A stretch of DNA of 64,000 nt, from NCBI RefSeq assembly GCF_006345805.1, contig NC_043003.1, positions 116,002,001 to 116,066,000 on the forward strand, given 5' to 3'. This stretch comes from Octopus sinensis (taxonomy: Eukaryota). The notes beneath the pieces are model-generated. The model searched no databases and was not told the DNA's origin. It saw only the letters and a program-made list of their open reading frames with translations. A program made the translations under genes and the position numbers. Below, piece after piece: positions 24,061 through 36,198 of this stretch; position 1 is the stretch's first letter, and each line of letters opens with the position of its first letter.

Positions 24061-24906
24061 TTAATCTTATTTTTCTGTTAAAAAAACAATAAAAACACTG
24101 TCGAAAACAATAGAAATGGGAAAAGGGAAAACTAGCACAAACAATACTAATACGACACAACCACCAACAGCACTGACAGAGACAACCTCAAAAATTAACA
24201 CGAATTCCACAATTTAAAGAAGCATGAAAAACAGCACAAAGCGAAATTATCCATTTAAAACAAACCTGAAAATTTCACCTCAGCTCTCAGCAATTTATCA
24301 ACGGTGACTCAAGGAAACAAAAGATTCAAAGTATCACAATTTACAAGACCAAAGTTGAGGAGATTGCAAACACCATGCGACAAATAGAATCTACTCTATG
24401 AAGTTTTGTAAACATTAGAAAATACATCTTGATAAGATCTGGTGAAAATGTCGAATCCATCTTACAAGAAGCAGGCATGAAAACTATAACATATCAAACA
24501 ATGGGAATGGTAAAATAGTTCAAGCAAACCAGAAGCATATAGAAACGTAACTGATACGAATGCAGGGCGCCAAATGTTACTGTACCACGAGATAAATACG
24601 GTAATGTGGAAATGGGATTTCTGACAGAATAATACTCTGCAGGCCAGCAGACTACGGAAATAAATTCCGTGAGGTCAATTGTGGCACCACCAGCGGCAAT
24701 ATGCAACCACAACGGAATTAAGTGCAGCAACAGGAACACCAGCCCTCCAAGAATTTGGACCTGGAGATCTCCATTTCCAGCGACTTCGAGGACCACCTTC
24801 CAGTGGTGTCGGGCGTCGACGAAGAGCCCTCGGCTACAACAAGACGACCAAAGTTTTTTGGGTTTTTTTTCCAAGGTCTGGGGTCCCCCGCTCCTAAGCC
24901 CTAGAC

Positions 24907-25126
24907 CAGTAGTTTTCAACCAGGGTTCCGCGGAACCTTAGGGTTCCGCCAGAACAGTCCAGGGGTTCTGCAAGAAGTTACAAAACTGCTAAAATCGGCA
25001 GTATTTTTTAAATTTTCCTGTGCAGATATGTGTGCATAAGACTATTAAATTATTGCACAGGGGTTCCCCGAGCCAGTGGAATGTTTCCTTGGGGTTCCGC
25101 TCCAGCAAAAAGTTTGAAAAGCACTG
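24907..25126. mobile_element. hAT (Charlie-like) MITE
   Basis: 8-bp TSD CCCTAGAC at 24899-24906 and 25127-25134; imperfect TIR CAGTAGTTTTCAA / TTGAAAAGCACTG; GGGGTTCC subterminal motifs. Confidence 0.9.
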
Positions 25127-25399
25127 CCCTAGACCATCACCTAATCACCCTTACCCGTCCTGTTACTTAACAATAACAACAATAACAACAACACCAAAAC
25201 TAGCAGCTGCGATTGTAGCATTGACAGCAATAACAACAACGCCAGCAGCCAAAGTGACAAAACCTTTTAAACAGTGGTATGAACAACAAAAATATCAATA
25301 AAAGCTAATGTGGATGACCGCGAAATCATAACTGTCCCGAATTTGTACCACTCGGATGTTGAGTTACAAAGGTGATGTAGAAAAATGTTAATGCCAAAA

Positions 25400-25850
25400 A
25401 GTAACAATCAAGAAAAGACGCGTGCCCCCCATGGTCAGGTGAAGATCGGGTTGCGGCTTTATTGTCATGCCGTCCCTCTGCCACTCGGGCTTACCCATAG
25501 ACTTTCCTCCCTTCGTGTCTAAGTGTACGTGCCCTAGCTTTGATGACACAGCTTTCGTGTTTCGCGTTGAAGAATAGGTCGAGCGCCAATATCGCTGCGA
25601 ACACATCGGTCGCAATGCATTTTCTAAATGTCTCATCTAACTTCCTATTTCTTTTTAGCGCTAGTCCTTTGATAAATCTTATCGATTCTATCCTAATTGC
25701 TATTTTGAGGGAGAACTACCATTTATTTTTAACTAATTCACTAATCCAGTCTATGAAAACACTTTGCGCTCCAGAACGGACGCGTTTAGTTTTCGGTAAC
25801 GGGGTCCCTATCTTTGGAGCCTATCTAAGTTTACTGTAAAGATCACCATT
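25400..25850 (-). mobile_element. L1/Tx1-like LINE ORF2 fragment (endonuclease-RT linker)
   Basis: NKW*FSLKIAIRIESIRF...ALDLFFNAKHESCVIKARARTLRHEG...ARVAE; similar to the linker at 31330-32200. Recognised by eye. Confidence 0.5.
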
Positions 25851-25929
25851 TTATGCTATGTGTAGTCGATTAGTTTCAATTGTGGACAACCTAAGCCATC
25901 ATTATTTGCAGCCCTACAGAATACGCTAT

Positions 25930-26270
25930 CTACATAAGGACAGAACCATCATGTCTACTACACCAGATACTGTTTTAAAAGAAGAAAATAATAAATGTTA
26001 TATATTGATTGTCATAAGCATTGCTTGTGATCAAAATATTTTGGTAAAAGAATTTGACAAGTTCAGAAAATATAAAGATTTGCACATTGAATTCGAAAAT
26101 TGTGGCATCTCAAAACAACTAAAGTACTAGAGATTATCGAAGCGCATTGAATGGTCAAGAAGGAACTAAAAATTATTTGAGAATGATCCCTGGTATACAC
26201 GCCCTGCAAGAAATGCAAATGATTGTTTTAACTGGTACGTCACGTGTATTGTTAAAAGCTTTTTCGCTTT
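25930..26270 (+). mobile_element. R4/Dong-type LINE 3' fragment (decayed RLE domain)
   Basis: PDTVLKEENNKCYILIVISIACDQNILVKEFDKFRKYKDL...MIPG...QEMQMIVLTGT parallels the C-terminus of ORF 39062-40993. Confidence 0.75.
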
Positions 26271-26429
26271 GAGATCGATAACTTAGCCCTATTTGTCGAG
26301 ACAACACTCGGCTAGAAATGGAGTTAAAATAGAAGAAGTAAAACTAATAATAATAATCATAGGGATTTCTTTATTGGCCACAAGGGCCGAACACAAAACA
26401 AATAGGTACAATCCAATACATTAGAAAAG

Positions 26430-26700
26430 TGAGGTTTGGAAGAATGTCGCCCTGCGCACACCTCGAACAGGTCCATGTGACAGCACTTCCGTGTCCGTAG
26501 ATGTTCTCTCCAACCGGCAGAGCTTCCCGGTAACACTGCTAGGCCAAGGATTTCTGGTAGTTTATCATAGGCCTAGACCCAAAATCCTCTGGATCAACTA
26601 ATTGCTCTCTCCCGACACCCAGAGTTACTCTGAGGATGTCGACGCTCTTGCCCTCCACTAATCCCCTAAAGTACCTCATAGTGAAACAACCACCGGTCGC
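26430..26700 (-). mobile_element. L1/Tx1-like ORF2 C-terminal zinc-finger region
   Basis: NYQKSLA*QCYREALPV...GHGSAVTWTCSRCAQ resembles the zf-RVT region. Confidence 0.55.
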
Positions 26701-26779
26701 GGTGCCCGAATGGCAGACAGCTCCAACAAAACCTGTGATAAAGAGAAAATAGAAATAATAATAATAATAATAATAATGA

Positions 26780-26813
<34 letters not shown>

Positions 26814-26850
26814 GATGATGATACTAATAATAATAATAATAATAATAATA

Positions 26851-27300
26851 GTTATCCCATGGGATTTTATGATTCGGTGCGACTGTGAGATACAGAATAG
26901 GAAGCCAGACATAATCTTAATTGAGAAAGAAAGCAAATTATGCTGGATCGTAGATATAGCATGCCCAGCTAACAACAAACTATGGAAAAAACTAAGGAAA
27001 AAGGAAAAGTCGATAGATGTGACAGGTTAGCTTGGGAAGTTAAGCAGTCGTGTTCGAGGAAAAAGGTAGCAGTAGTACCAATAATTGTCGGAGCCCTGGG
27101 AAATGTGACCAAAAATCTCGAGAAGCACGTGGAACAAATAGGGGCTGCAATAAGGGTGGGTTCTTGCAGAAAACAGATCTGCTAGGAATCGCTCGAATAC
27201 TCCGGAAGGTGCTCGAAAAATAAGGGGTGATAGCTTAGTTCACTGGTAGTGAACAACTGACAGTAGTACATCTCAAGCGTTAGAAGATTTACAAAGGCAA
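26851..27300 (+). mobile_element. R4/Dong-type LINE 3' fragment, second subfamily
   Basis: Follows (ATA)n; WDFMIRCDCEIQNRKPDIILIEK...IVDIACP...VVPIIVGALG. Confidence 0.8.
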
Positions 27301-27332
27301 TGATAATAATGTCGAATTATATACACAAAGAA

Positions 27333-27565
27333 GGCGGTGAGCTGGCAGAAACGTTAGCACTCCGGGCGAAATGCTTAGCAGTATTTCGTCTGCCAACTAC
27401 ATTCTGAGTTCAAATTCCGCAATGGTCGACTTTGCTTTTCATCCCTTCGGGGTCGATTAAATAAGTACCAGTTACGCACTGGGGTTCGATATAATAGATT
27501 TAATCCGTATGTCTGTCCTTGTTTATCGTCTCTGTGTTTAGCCCCTTGTGGGTTGTAAAGAAATT
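27333..27565 (+). mobile_element. SINE family B
   Basis: Full head; 16-bp TSD GAATTATATACACAAA at 27314-27329 and 27566-27581. Confidence 0.9.
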
Positions 27566-28523
27566 GAATTATATACACAAAAAAGGTTATAAGGTGTAAA
27601 AAAATAACATATCATGAACGGATATCAAGTCTTTAAATAAAGGGCATACAATGTTATTCCCTAGACTTGAAAGTTATATCTACCTCGAGACGAAGAAAGC
27701 AAAATTTCCATGATTAATCAAGCAACAAACATCATTTACTGCCCCTACCCCTGTCTGTGTACATTGTTGCAGGTGCGTTACAAATTATGAGTCTGCTCTT
27801 GGTTGAGGTAATAAATTCGATAGTGAAATATCTGATATGTATGTATGGAGATAATATTTTACAGTTACTCATTAGCTGCATTTAACGTTAGTCGTTGAAA
27901 TATACGTTTTACTGTGGTTGCTAAAACATATGTATCAGAGATGTGTTGAATGGTCTTTGCAAAAATAACCAGCTGTCCCGGAATTCTTATCTTCATTCGT
28001 GTAAAATATATGTATGGAAACTATGAAAGTAGCACTAAGATAACAAATATTTTACGTTTAAAATATATGAGCTAAAATGTCAATTAACATGAATCTACAC
28101 GACAAGCTATACAATTCGGTTGGTATATGACTAATTAAACATTTCTCTCTGTCTCTAGACAACTAGTTTTGCAACTATAAAATACAAAGTTCAGCACTTT
28201 CCGATTTTTTCTTCTACAAAATAGTAAATGTATCCAAACATATACATCTGTCTGTAAATTGAAAAAGGGAAATGTATATATATACATATATAGACATAGG
28301 TGTATATTTACATATATATTTTTATACACACATACGTATGTATGTGAGCATATGTATGTGAGCATATGTATATGTGTGTGTGTATTATGTGTATATATAT
28401 GTATATGTGTGTGTGTATGTGTATATATATATATACATATATATATATAAAGAGAGTGAGAGAGAGAAAGAGAGGGAGGGTGAGTGATTTTGTGTACATA
28501 TACATGTGTGTATATATATTATG

Positions 28524-28554
<31 letters not shown>

Positions 28555-28565
28555 TTATATATATA

Positions 28566-28604
<39 letters not shown>

Positions 28605-28669
28605 ATAAACATAGGTGTAAATTTACATATATATATATGTATGTGTGTGTGTGTATGCATGTGTGTGGT

Positions 28670-28706
<37 letters not shown>

Positions 28707-29081
28707 ATGTGTGTGTGTGTTCACGTGTGCCTGCCTCCTGGTAAGCAGACGCAAGAATGTATATATATAATGATTGATTGATAATTAATGGGATTCACTT
28801 TGACAGTGACAGAGCAACAGTTTCTAATCAATCGTGATCAGTAAATATTGTGTTCGACAAAGCGCCATCTATATTCGCTGGTTTCCACCTCTTTAGAACA
28901 TTATTTATGGGTAAGAGTTTTGACGCCTTATCAACATCAGTTTATTTTATATTACTATTATATAAATATATCTCTCCCTTGAAATAAATACGATTGCTAT
29001 CAATGTTTCCTTAAGTGTATATATGAACACAAGCATATATATATATATATAATATATATGTATATATATATATATATATTA

Positions 29082-29130
<49 letters not shown>

Positions 29131-29135
29131 CTATA

Positions 29136-29181
<46 letters not shown>

Positions 29182-29199
29182 ATATATATATAGTATATA

Positions 29200-29235
<36 letters not shown>

Positions 29236-29454
29236 ATATATATATATATAATATATATATATAATATATATTATATATAATAAATATTAGGGAATAAATC
29301 CAAATTTACAGGGAAAAAATCAGATTTAGGATTAAATCCAATTTTATAGTAAAATATTATAAAATATTATTAGAGACAAAACCACTATTTTGCAAAACAA
29401 ACAAGGAAAGACTTAATCAATACATAAAATTTTAATAAATAGTCAAAAAAACCG

Positions 29455-29497
29455 CCACTACAACTGTTTCTTGTCTTGATCGACAATCTTCAGGTGG
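29455..29497 (-). ncRNA. Minimal type-I hammerhead ribozyme, left arm
   Basis: CCAC-CTGAAGA-TTGTC gatcaa GACAA-GAAAC-agtt-GTA-GTGG on the minus strand. Confidence 0.75.
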
Positions 29498-30977
29498 ACT
29501 TCCAATCTAAAATATCAATATTTTAAAAATATAAAATAATAATTTTAAAATAATTTTAAAATAATAATTTTTAAAATATAAAAATAATAATTTTAAAATA
29601 ATTAAAGTATGAATGAAAAAATATAAATATATAATCCATATATAACCTATATATAATCCATATATAATCAATATATAAACAATATATAAACTAAAATAAA
29701 CCTATCAACAATTAAATATAAAATATAAAATATAAAATATAAAATATAAAACAAAACAAAAAAATAATAATAATATAATAATAAACTATATATACACCCA
29801 TACACATATACCTAATTATATATAACCATATCTAACTACATACACTAAATCACACACCTATATATATATCCCTATACATACACATAAAAACGTCTAGGCA
29901 ACTATAAATAAATAAAATAGCTAAATACTTCAACACAATACTTATTCATACTCCCACACACACACACATACAACACACATTCACGCTCTAGAAAACGGAC
30001 ATCACTTAAAATTATGAACGGAGAAATGGAATAAATGGAATTAAAAATTATATTCACTTGGTAAAACGAACACTACTTAAAAATTATGAATGAAACAATG
30101 CAATAAAACAACAGACATCGCAAATAGACACAAATTACTACGAATTCCTTAACAAACCTACCATGATAAACCAAAACTCATAAAAACATATAATGATAAA
30201 ATCTCCCTTTACTAAACTCTATAACATACCTATATAGCAATCCCCCTAACCTAAACATTCACACACAAATACACACACGTAAACCACACACCCACGACAT
30301 ATACAAATACCCACACCACTTACACATACCTATACATACATATAAACCTCAACATATACTCCAAAAACCCACTCAACCCCACACAGACAAATAAACACAA
30401 AAATTATGAATGGATTCTTTTATAAAACTACCATGATAAGCTAAAACTCACAAAACATAAATGATAAAACCTCCCTTTACTAAACACTATAACATACTTA
30501 TATAGCAATCCCTTTAACCTATACATTCACACACAAATACACACACGTAAACCACACACCCATTACAAATACACACACCCACAAGTACATATAAGCCTCA
30601 ACATATACACCCAACAAAATTACTTTACCAAGGAACTTAACATATGTATAAACATATGTATAAACATATGTATAAACATATGTATAAAAAGTATAACCGC
30701 TCTGGAAACGAACATCTATTAAAATAATGAATGGAGAAATGGAATAAATGGAATTAAAAATAATATTCACGTGGCAAAACGAACACCACTCAAAAATTAT
30801 GAATGAAACAATGTAATAAAACAACCAACATCGAAAATAGACAAATTACCACGAATTCCCTAAAAAAAACCATGATAAACCAAATGGATTATATATTTAT
30901 ATTTTTTCATTCATACTTTAATTATTTTAAAATTATTAATTTTATATTTTAAAATATTGATATTTTAGATTGGAAGT

Positions 30978-31020
30978 CCACCTGAAGATTGTCGATCAAG
31001 ACAAGAAACAATTGTAGTGG
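30978..31020 (+). ncRNA. Minimal type-I hammerhead ribozyme, canonical core, right arm
   Basis: CCAC-CTGAAGA-TTGTC gatcaa GACAA-GAAAC-aatt-GTA|GTGG; all core positions canonical; predicted cleavage after 31016. Confidence 0.8.
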
Positions 31021-31107
31021 CGGTTTTTTTGACTATTTATTAAAATTTTATGTATTGATTAAGTCTTTCCTTGTTTGTTTTGCAAAATAGTGGTTTTGTC
31101 TCTAATA

Positions 31108-31156
<49 letters not shown>

Positions 31157-31329
31157 ATAGTAAATAAATATATCTCTGTGTGTATCAATGTATGTGCATA
31201 TAGTCAGACACATACGTAGAGAGACACCTGTGTGTGTGTGTGTTTGTGTGTGTGTGTCTGTATAAGTGTGTAATATATGATACGATGTTATTTCTTGTTT
31301 ATTCAGATATCCGCAAATTGCACCTAAAA

Positions 31330-32200
31330 TAAGCGTTGCGTATGAAAATATAAATCGTGAAGCAATACATCGAACCCGTGTCACTTCATAAAGACTGTCA
31401 ACGTTTCCTTCATTGCACCTTCTGCTATCGATCTTTATCAATACTCCACTTTACTATACTAGAGCCATCGGTGGCCGTCATCCTGGGCGGTAGAGTTCTC
31501 CGCGCTCAGTAAGCCGTCACTCGCCCCAAACTTTCGTGCACTTTGTCGCTGAATAGTCATATGCTTCCTCTTTGAAGCGAGTAGCACACTCAGCACCGAT
31601 CCGTCAAACACACATTTGTCAATAGCAGTTTTGAGCTACCTTCTAGCTCGACTAACCATGTCCATCGAACAGCTATTCTTTCATTATGTTTTAGAGCGTA
31701 TTCCTTAGCTCTGACAACTCAATTGTCAAGAGCTATTCGGGCGGCCGCATGCACGTCGTATCACCATGTCTTTGCTAAGCGCCTCTTCTAAGTTCTTAAA
31801 AAACACTCCCACTAGCCTTAAACGCTTTATAGCTTTTTTTCTTTAACTTTAATCGATTCTAATATAATAACTCTTTCTCGGCCAACATAAGTTGTTAACA
31901 ATAGTCTTCGTCAAATCCCTCTGAAATTGTTCTTTGTCAAGGTCTTTGTCAGCTTCGTCCGCTGGTAAATACGTGTTTAGTTCCAGTAACCAGGTCCCTG
32001 TCTAAGTATCTCCACTACATCTGGATGTGGTGATTCAATCTGGAATTCTCGATGTAGCGTGGCTATATCCACGCTGGACCAATCAGCAAATACATTTTGG
32101 AGAAGTAGTTTGGAGGATTTTTACAAACACTTCTCCCATCAGCTACTTCCACTCTGTCCTAATAAGGACAAATGAACCTCAAGTTCTAAAGGAAACACCA
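31330..32200 (-). mobile_element. Decayed L1/Tx1-like ORF2 fragment
   Basis: Minus-strand peptides NNLCW, LEEALSK, VVRAKEYALKHNERIAV resemble the EN-RT linker. Confidence 0.45.
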
Positions 32201-32332
32201 GACGTCTGAAGAAACACTATTCAGACTAGTTAACATACTAGTGTGAAAGCACCTTTATATAAAAGACAACACGAGACGATGCAATAAATTATAATAATAA
32301 TAATAATATAACAATGATAATAATAATAGCAA

Positions 32333-32379
<47 letters not shown>

Positions 32380-32402
32380 ATAATAATAATAATAATAATA
32401 AC

Positions 32403-32451
<49 letters not shown>

Positions 32452-32455
<4 letters not shown>

Positions 32456-33110
32456 TAGCAAGACATGACAGAGTCGTCCAGTATTTACATTGGACAATAT
32501 GTCGGTATTATAAAATCAAAACCGCCGACAAATGGTATAAACACCATCCTGAAGCAGTGACTGAGAGAGAAAATGTGTCGATTCTATGGGACTTCCCCGT
32601 ACAGACCGACAAGGCTATAAAAGCTAATAAACCGGATATTATTATAAAAGACCAAACAAAACGGATGTGTTTATTAATTGACATGAGTATCCCTTGCGAT
32701 CACAATATAGCGGCGAAAGAATTTAATAAGATTAGTAAATATAAAGACTTGCTAATAGAAATTGAAAAAATGTGACATCTCAAGCCGTCTACAGTGCCAG
32801 TGAGCGTAGGATCTCTAGGAATGATAAAAAAAAAGGTACTGAAACCTATTTGAAAATGATACCAGGCTTACCATCCCTACAGGAAGTGCAAAAAATCGTA
32901 TTAACTGGAACGGCTCATGTACTGAGAAGAGCATTATCGCTGTAAAAACAACATCCATCCATGAATTTATTTATTTATTAATTTTTAAATACATATTTTA
33001 TCTGTGAATTTGTGTGTGTAATCTGGGAATGCATACAATGAACTTCTCTGCCCTAGGTGTACGGAAAACACTCGGCGAGAAACGGAAGAAAATTTGAAGA
33101 AGGAAAAAAC
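32452..33110 (+). mobile_element. R4/Dong-type LINE 3' end, tandem copy 1
   Basis: IARHDRVVQYLHW...WDFPVQTD...NKPDIII...LIDMSIP...KISKYKDL; (TAA)n on both sides. Confidence 0.9.
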
Positions 33111-33169
33111 ATAATAATAATAATAATAATATAATAATAATAACAATAATAATAATAATAATAATAATG

Positions 33170-33830
33170 ATGATAGCAAGACATGACAGAGTCGTCCAGT
33201 ATTTACATTGGACAATATGTCGGTATTATAAAATCAAAATCGCCGACAAATGGTATAAACACCATCCTGAAGCAGTGACTGAGAGAGAAAATGTGTCGAT
33301 TCTATGGGACTTCCCCGTACAGACCGACAAGGCTATAAAAGCTAATAAACCGGATATTATTATAAAAGACCAGACAAAACGGATGTGTTTATTAATTGAC
33401 ATGAGTATCCCTTGCGATCACAATATAGCGGCGAAAGAATTTAATAAGATTAGTAAATATAAAGACTTGCTAATAGAAATTGAAAAAATGTGACATCTCA
33501 AGCCGTCTACAGTGCCAGTGATCGTAGGATCTCTAGGAATGATAAAAAAAAAAAGGTACTGAAACCTATTTGAAAATGATACCAGGCTTACCATCCCTAC
33601 AGGAAGTGCAAAAAATCGTATTAACTGGAACGGCTCATGTACTGAGAAGAGCATTATCGCTGTGAAAACAACATCCATCCATGAATTTATTTATTTATTA
33701 ATTTTTAAATACATATTTTATCTGTGAATTTGTGTGTGTAATCTGGGAATGCATACAATGAGCTTCTCTGCCCTAGGTGTACGGAAAACACTCGGCGAGA
33801 AACGGAAGAAAATTTGAAGAAGGAAAAAAC
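33170..33830 (+). mobile_element. R4/Dong-type LINE 3' end, tandem copy 2
   Basis: About 5 substitutions and a 2-nt poly-A difference versus copy 1; same truncation point. Confidence 0.9.
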
Positions 33831-33892
33831 ATAATAATAATAATAATAATATAATAATAATAATAATGATAATAATAATAATAATAGTAATA

Positions 33893-34150
33893 ACCAGATA
33901 TTGATGTGAAAGGCTAAAACAATAAAGTCTGTTCATTGATTGACATAAAGGTACCTTGCGATCATAATATGTCGGCAAAAGAATTTGATAAGCTGAGACA
34001 ATATAAAGATTTGCAGATTGATATCGAAAAGATGTGGTATCCCAAGACGGTTACAATACCAGTGACTGTAGGAGCACTTGGAATGATTAAAAAGGAATGG
34101 AAAATTTGTTGATGATGATCCCTGCAGGGAGTGCAAATGATTGTCTTAAG
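33893..34150 (+). mobile_element. R4/Dong-type 3' fragment, older
   Basis: PDID...LIDIKVPCDHNMSAKEFDKLRQYKDLQIDIEKMW...IPVTVGALGMIKK, directly after (TAA)n. Confidence 0.75.
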
Positions 34151-34399
34151 AAAAGCATTGTCGCTTTGAATTTGGATTTTTTAAAAAATTTCTCCTTTCT
34201 TTTCTTTGTGTACTTTTGCCATTTTTTATTTCTTGCTCTTTTCCTTTCCTTATCTGTCTTTCTTACCTTCTTTCTCTATCACACGACATTGTAAATGATC
34301 AGTCTGGTTTCGTTATTTCAATGGCCTACCAATGTATACAGTGAGTTTCTTTTCACTAGGTGTCAGGAAGACATTCGGCAACAAATGAAAGCAATACTA

Positions 34400-34510
34400 A
34401 AATATCACGATAATGATGATGATGATGATGATGCTGATGATGATGATGATGATGACGACGACGACGACGAAGATGACGATGACAACGACGACGATGATGA
34501 TGATGATTAT
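34400..34510. repeat. (GAT/GAC)n microsatellite
   Basis: Direct inspection. Confidence 0.9.
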
Positions 34511-34552
34511 AGATGGGAGGAGGATGATAGGTAGGAGGAAGAAGATGATGAG

Positions 34553-35285
34553 TATAGATGGGCTACAGCAAATATTCAACACTGTTCCACAGATTTGCTT
34601 GTCAGTTGTTTGACTTTAACCGGTTGAAGATGTCTCTTCGTGGCTGACGATATGTGCATCTCGTTGGCAGAAACGTTAGCACGTCGGGCGAAATGCTTAG
34701 CGGTATTTCGTCTGTGTTACGTTGTGAGTTCAAATTCCGCCGAGATCGACTTTGCCTTTCATCCTTTCGGTGTCGATAAATTAAGTACCAGTTACGCACT
34801 GGGGACGATGTAATCGACTTAATCCGTTTGTCTGTCCTTGTTTGTCTTCTCTGTGTTTAGCCCCTTGTGGGTAGTAAAGAAATAGTTATTTCGTCTGCCG
34901 CTATATTCAGAGTTCAAATTCCGACGATGTCGACTTTGCCTTTCATCCTGTTTAGCCCCTTGTGGGTAATAAAGAAATAGATATGTGCATCTCTGGAAAC
35001 ATGATTGTTTCGTTCAACATCGGTAAACAACCCAGATTCGGGGACCTTCTGAGCGGAATGGGTTACTCGACCAGAAGAAAATTCTAACTGAGCCTCAACT
35101 GCATGATCATGCACTGTTTATCTTGATTAAGAGATCACCATGTCGCGTAGATATGGTTGTGATGCATGTGCCTGGTATACGCTTATCAGACGGGTAGTCA
35201 TGATGGGTATACTGGGCTTCGTATATTTTACTCCAGTGTCACTTTGATTGCATGCACTCATCTCTCATTCAGTAATAATAATAAA
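34553..35285 (+). mobile_element. Non-coding TAA-tailed repeat (same family as 41225-41772), interrupted by a SINE
   Basis: GATGGGCTACAGCAAATATT...CACCATGTCGCG...CCAGTGTCACTTTGAT shared with 41225-41772; ends in TAATAAT. Confidence 0.75.
34663..34979 (+). mobile_element. SINE family B, 5'-clipped, nested insertion
   Basis: 14-bp TSD GATATGTGCATCTC at 34649-34662 and 34980-34993; partial 3' tandem repeat. Confidence 0.9.
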
Positions 35286-35563
35286 TGATGGTTTAAATGA
35301 ATCATGGACAATTAAGCAAATAAAATATATTTGTCATTTATTACAGCATGTAAAGAGCGGGCCTGAAGTAGTAATTTTCGAAATTGTGCGGCAAACGCGT
35401 ATACTGCCTCAGTTTATTTATATTTGTTTTACCCAGAGCATATCAAAAATCCAATTAAACGCTGTAATCCCCTGGATTTATATGAAAAGTTAGTTGAAAA
35501 AATTGAGAATTTCCGGAAAATTAAAGACTTGAAGGCATCAACCATAAAAAGATTCGAATACTC

Positions 35564-35597
<34 letters not shown>

Positions 35598-36129
35598 TGT
35601 ATCTATGTATGTATGTATGTATGTATGTATGTATGTACGTATTTATATATGAATATATTATGGACGTGCGTATATGTGTATCTCTGTAAGTATCTAATGT
35701 GTGTATGTATGCATGGATGTATGTTTGCGTGTGTATATGTATGTGTGTATTTACGTCTCTGTATACGGGTAACTGTATGTATATATATATACATATATAT
35801 ATACATATATATATATTTACATGTTTACCTATACAGATATCTATCTATCTATCTCTATATATATATGTATATATATATGTATGTAAATATATATACATAT
35901 TCATTTATTTATACATGCATACATATTGACATATAGGTATATATACATACAAACATTATATACATACATATAAATGGTCTTAATGTTTGTTACTAAAATG
36001 AATTAAAATTAAAACAGCTTTACACTGATTTGATCTATCTATCTATCTATCTATCTATCGATATATATATATATATATATATGAATATATAAAAGAAAAG
36101 AAGCGAAAGAATATAGACATATGTACATG

Positions 36130-36198
<69 letters not shown>

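Larger units (their letters stand above)
29285..31116. mobile_element. Non-coding foldback element with HHR in each arm (non-autonomous PLE derivative)
   Basis: Inverted arms 29359-29639 / 30884-31116; internal direct repeats (~29990-30180 vs ~30700-30883; ~30165-30360 vs ~30428-30610); (TA)-rich flanks; no RT ORF. Confidence 0.8.

Noticed and set aside
24150-24900. Possible L1 ORF1 remnant and 141-aa minus-strand ORF
   Set aside because: No zinc knuckle or other diagnostic motif; the ORF start lies in the hAT MITE.
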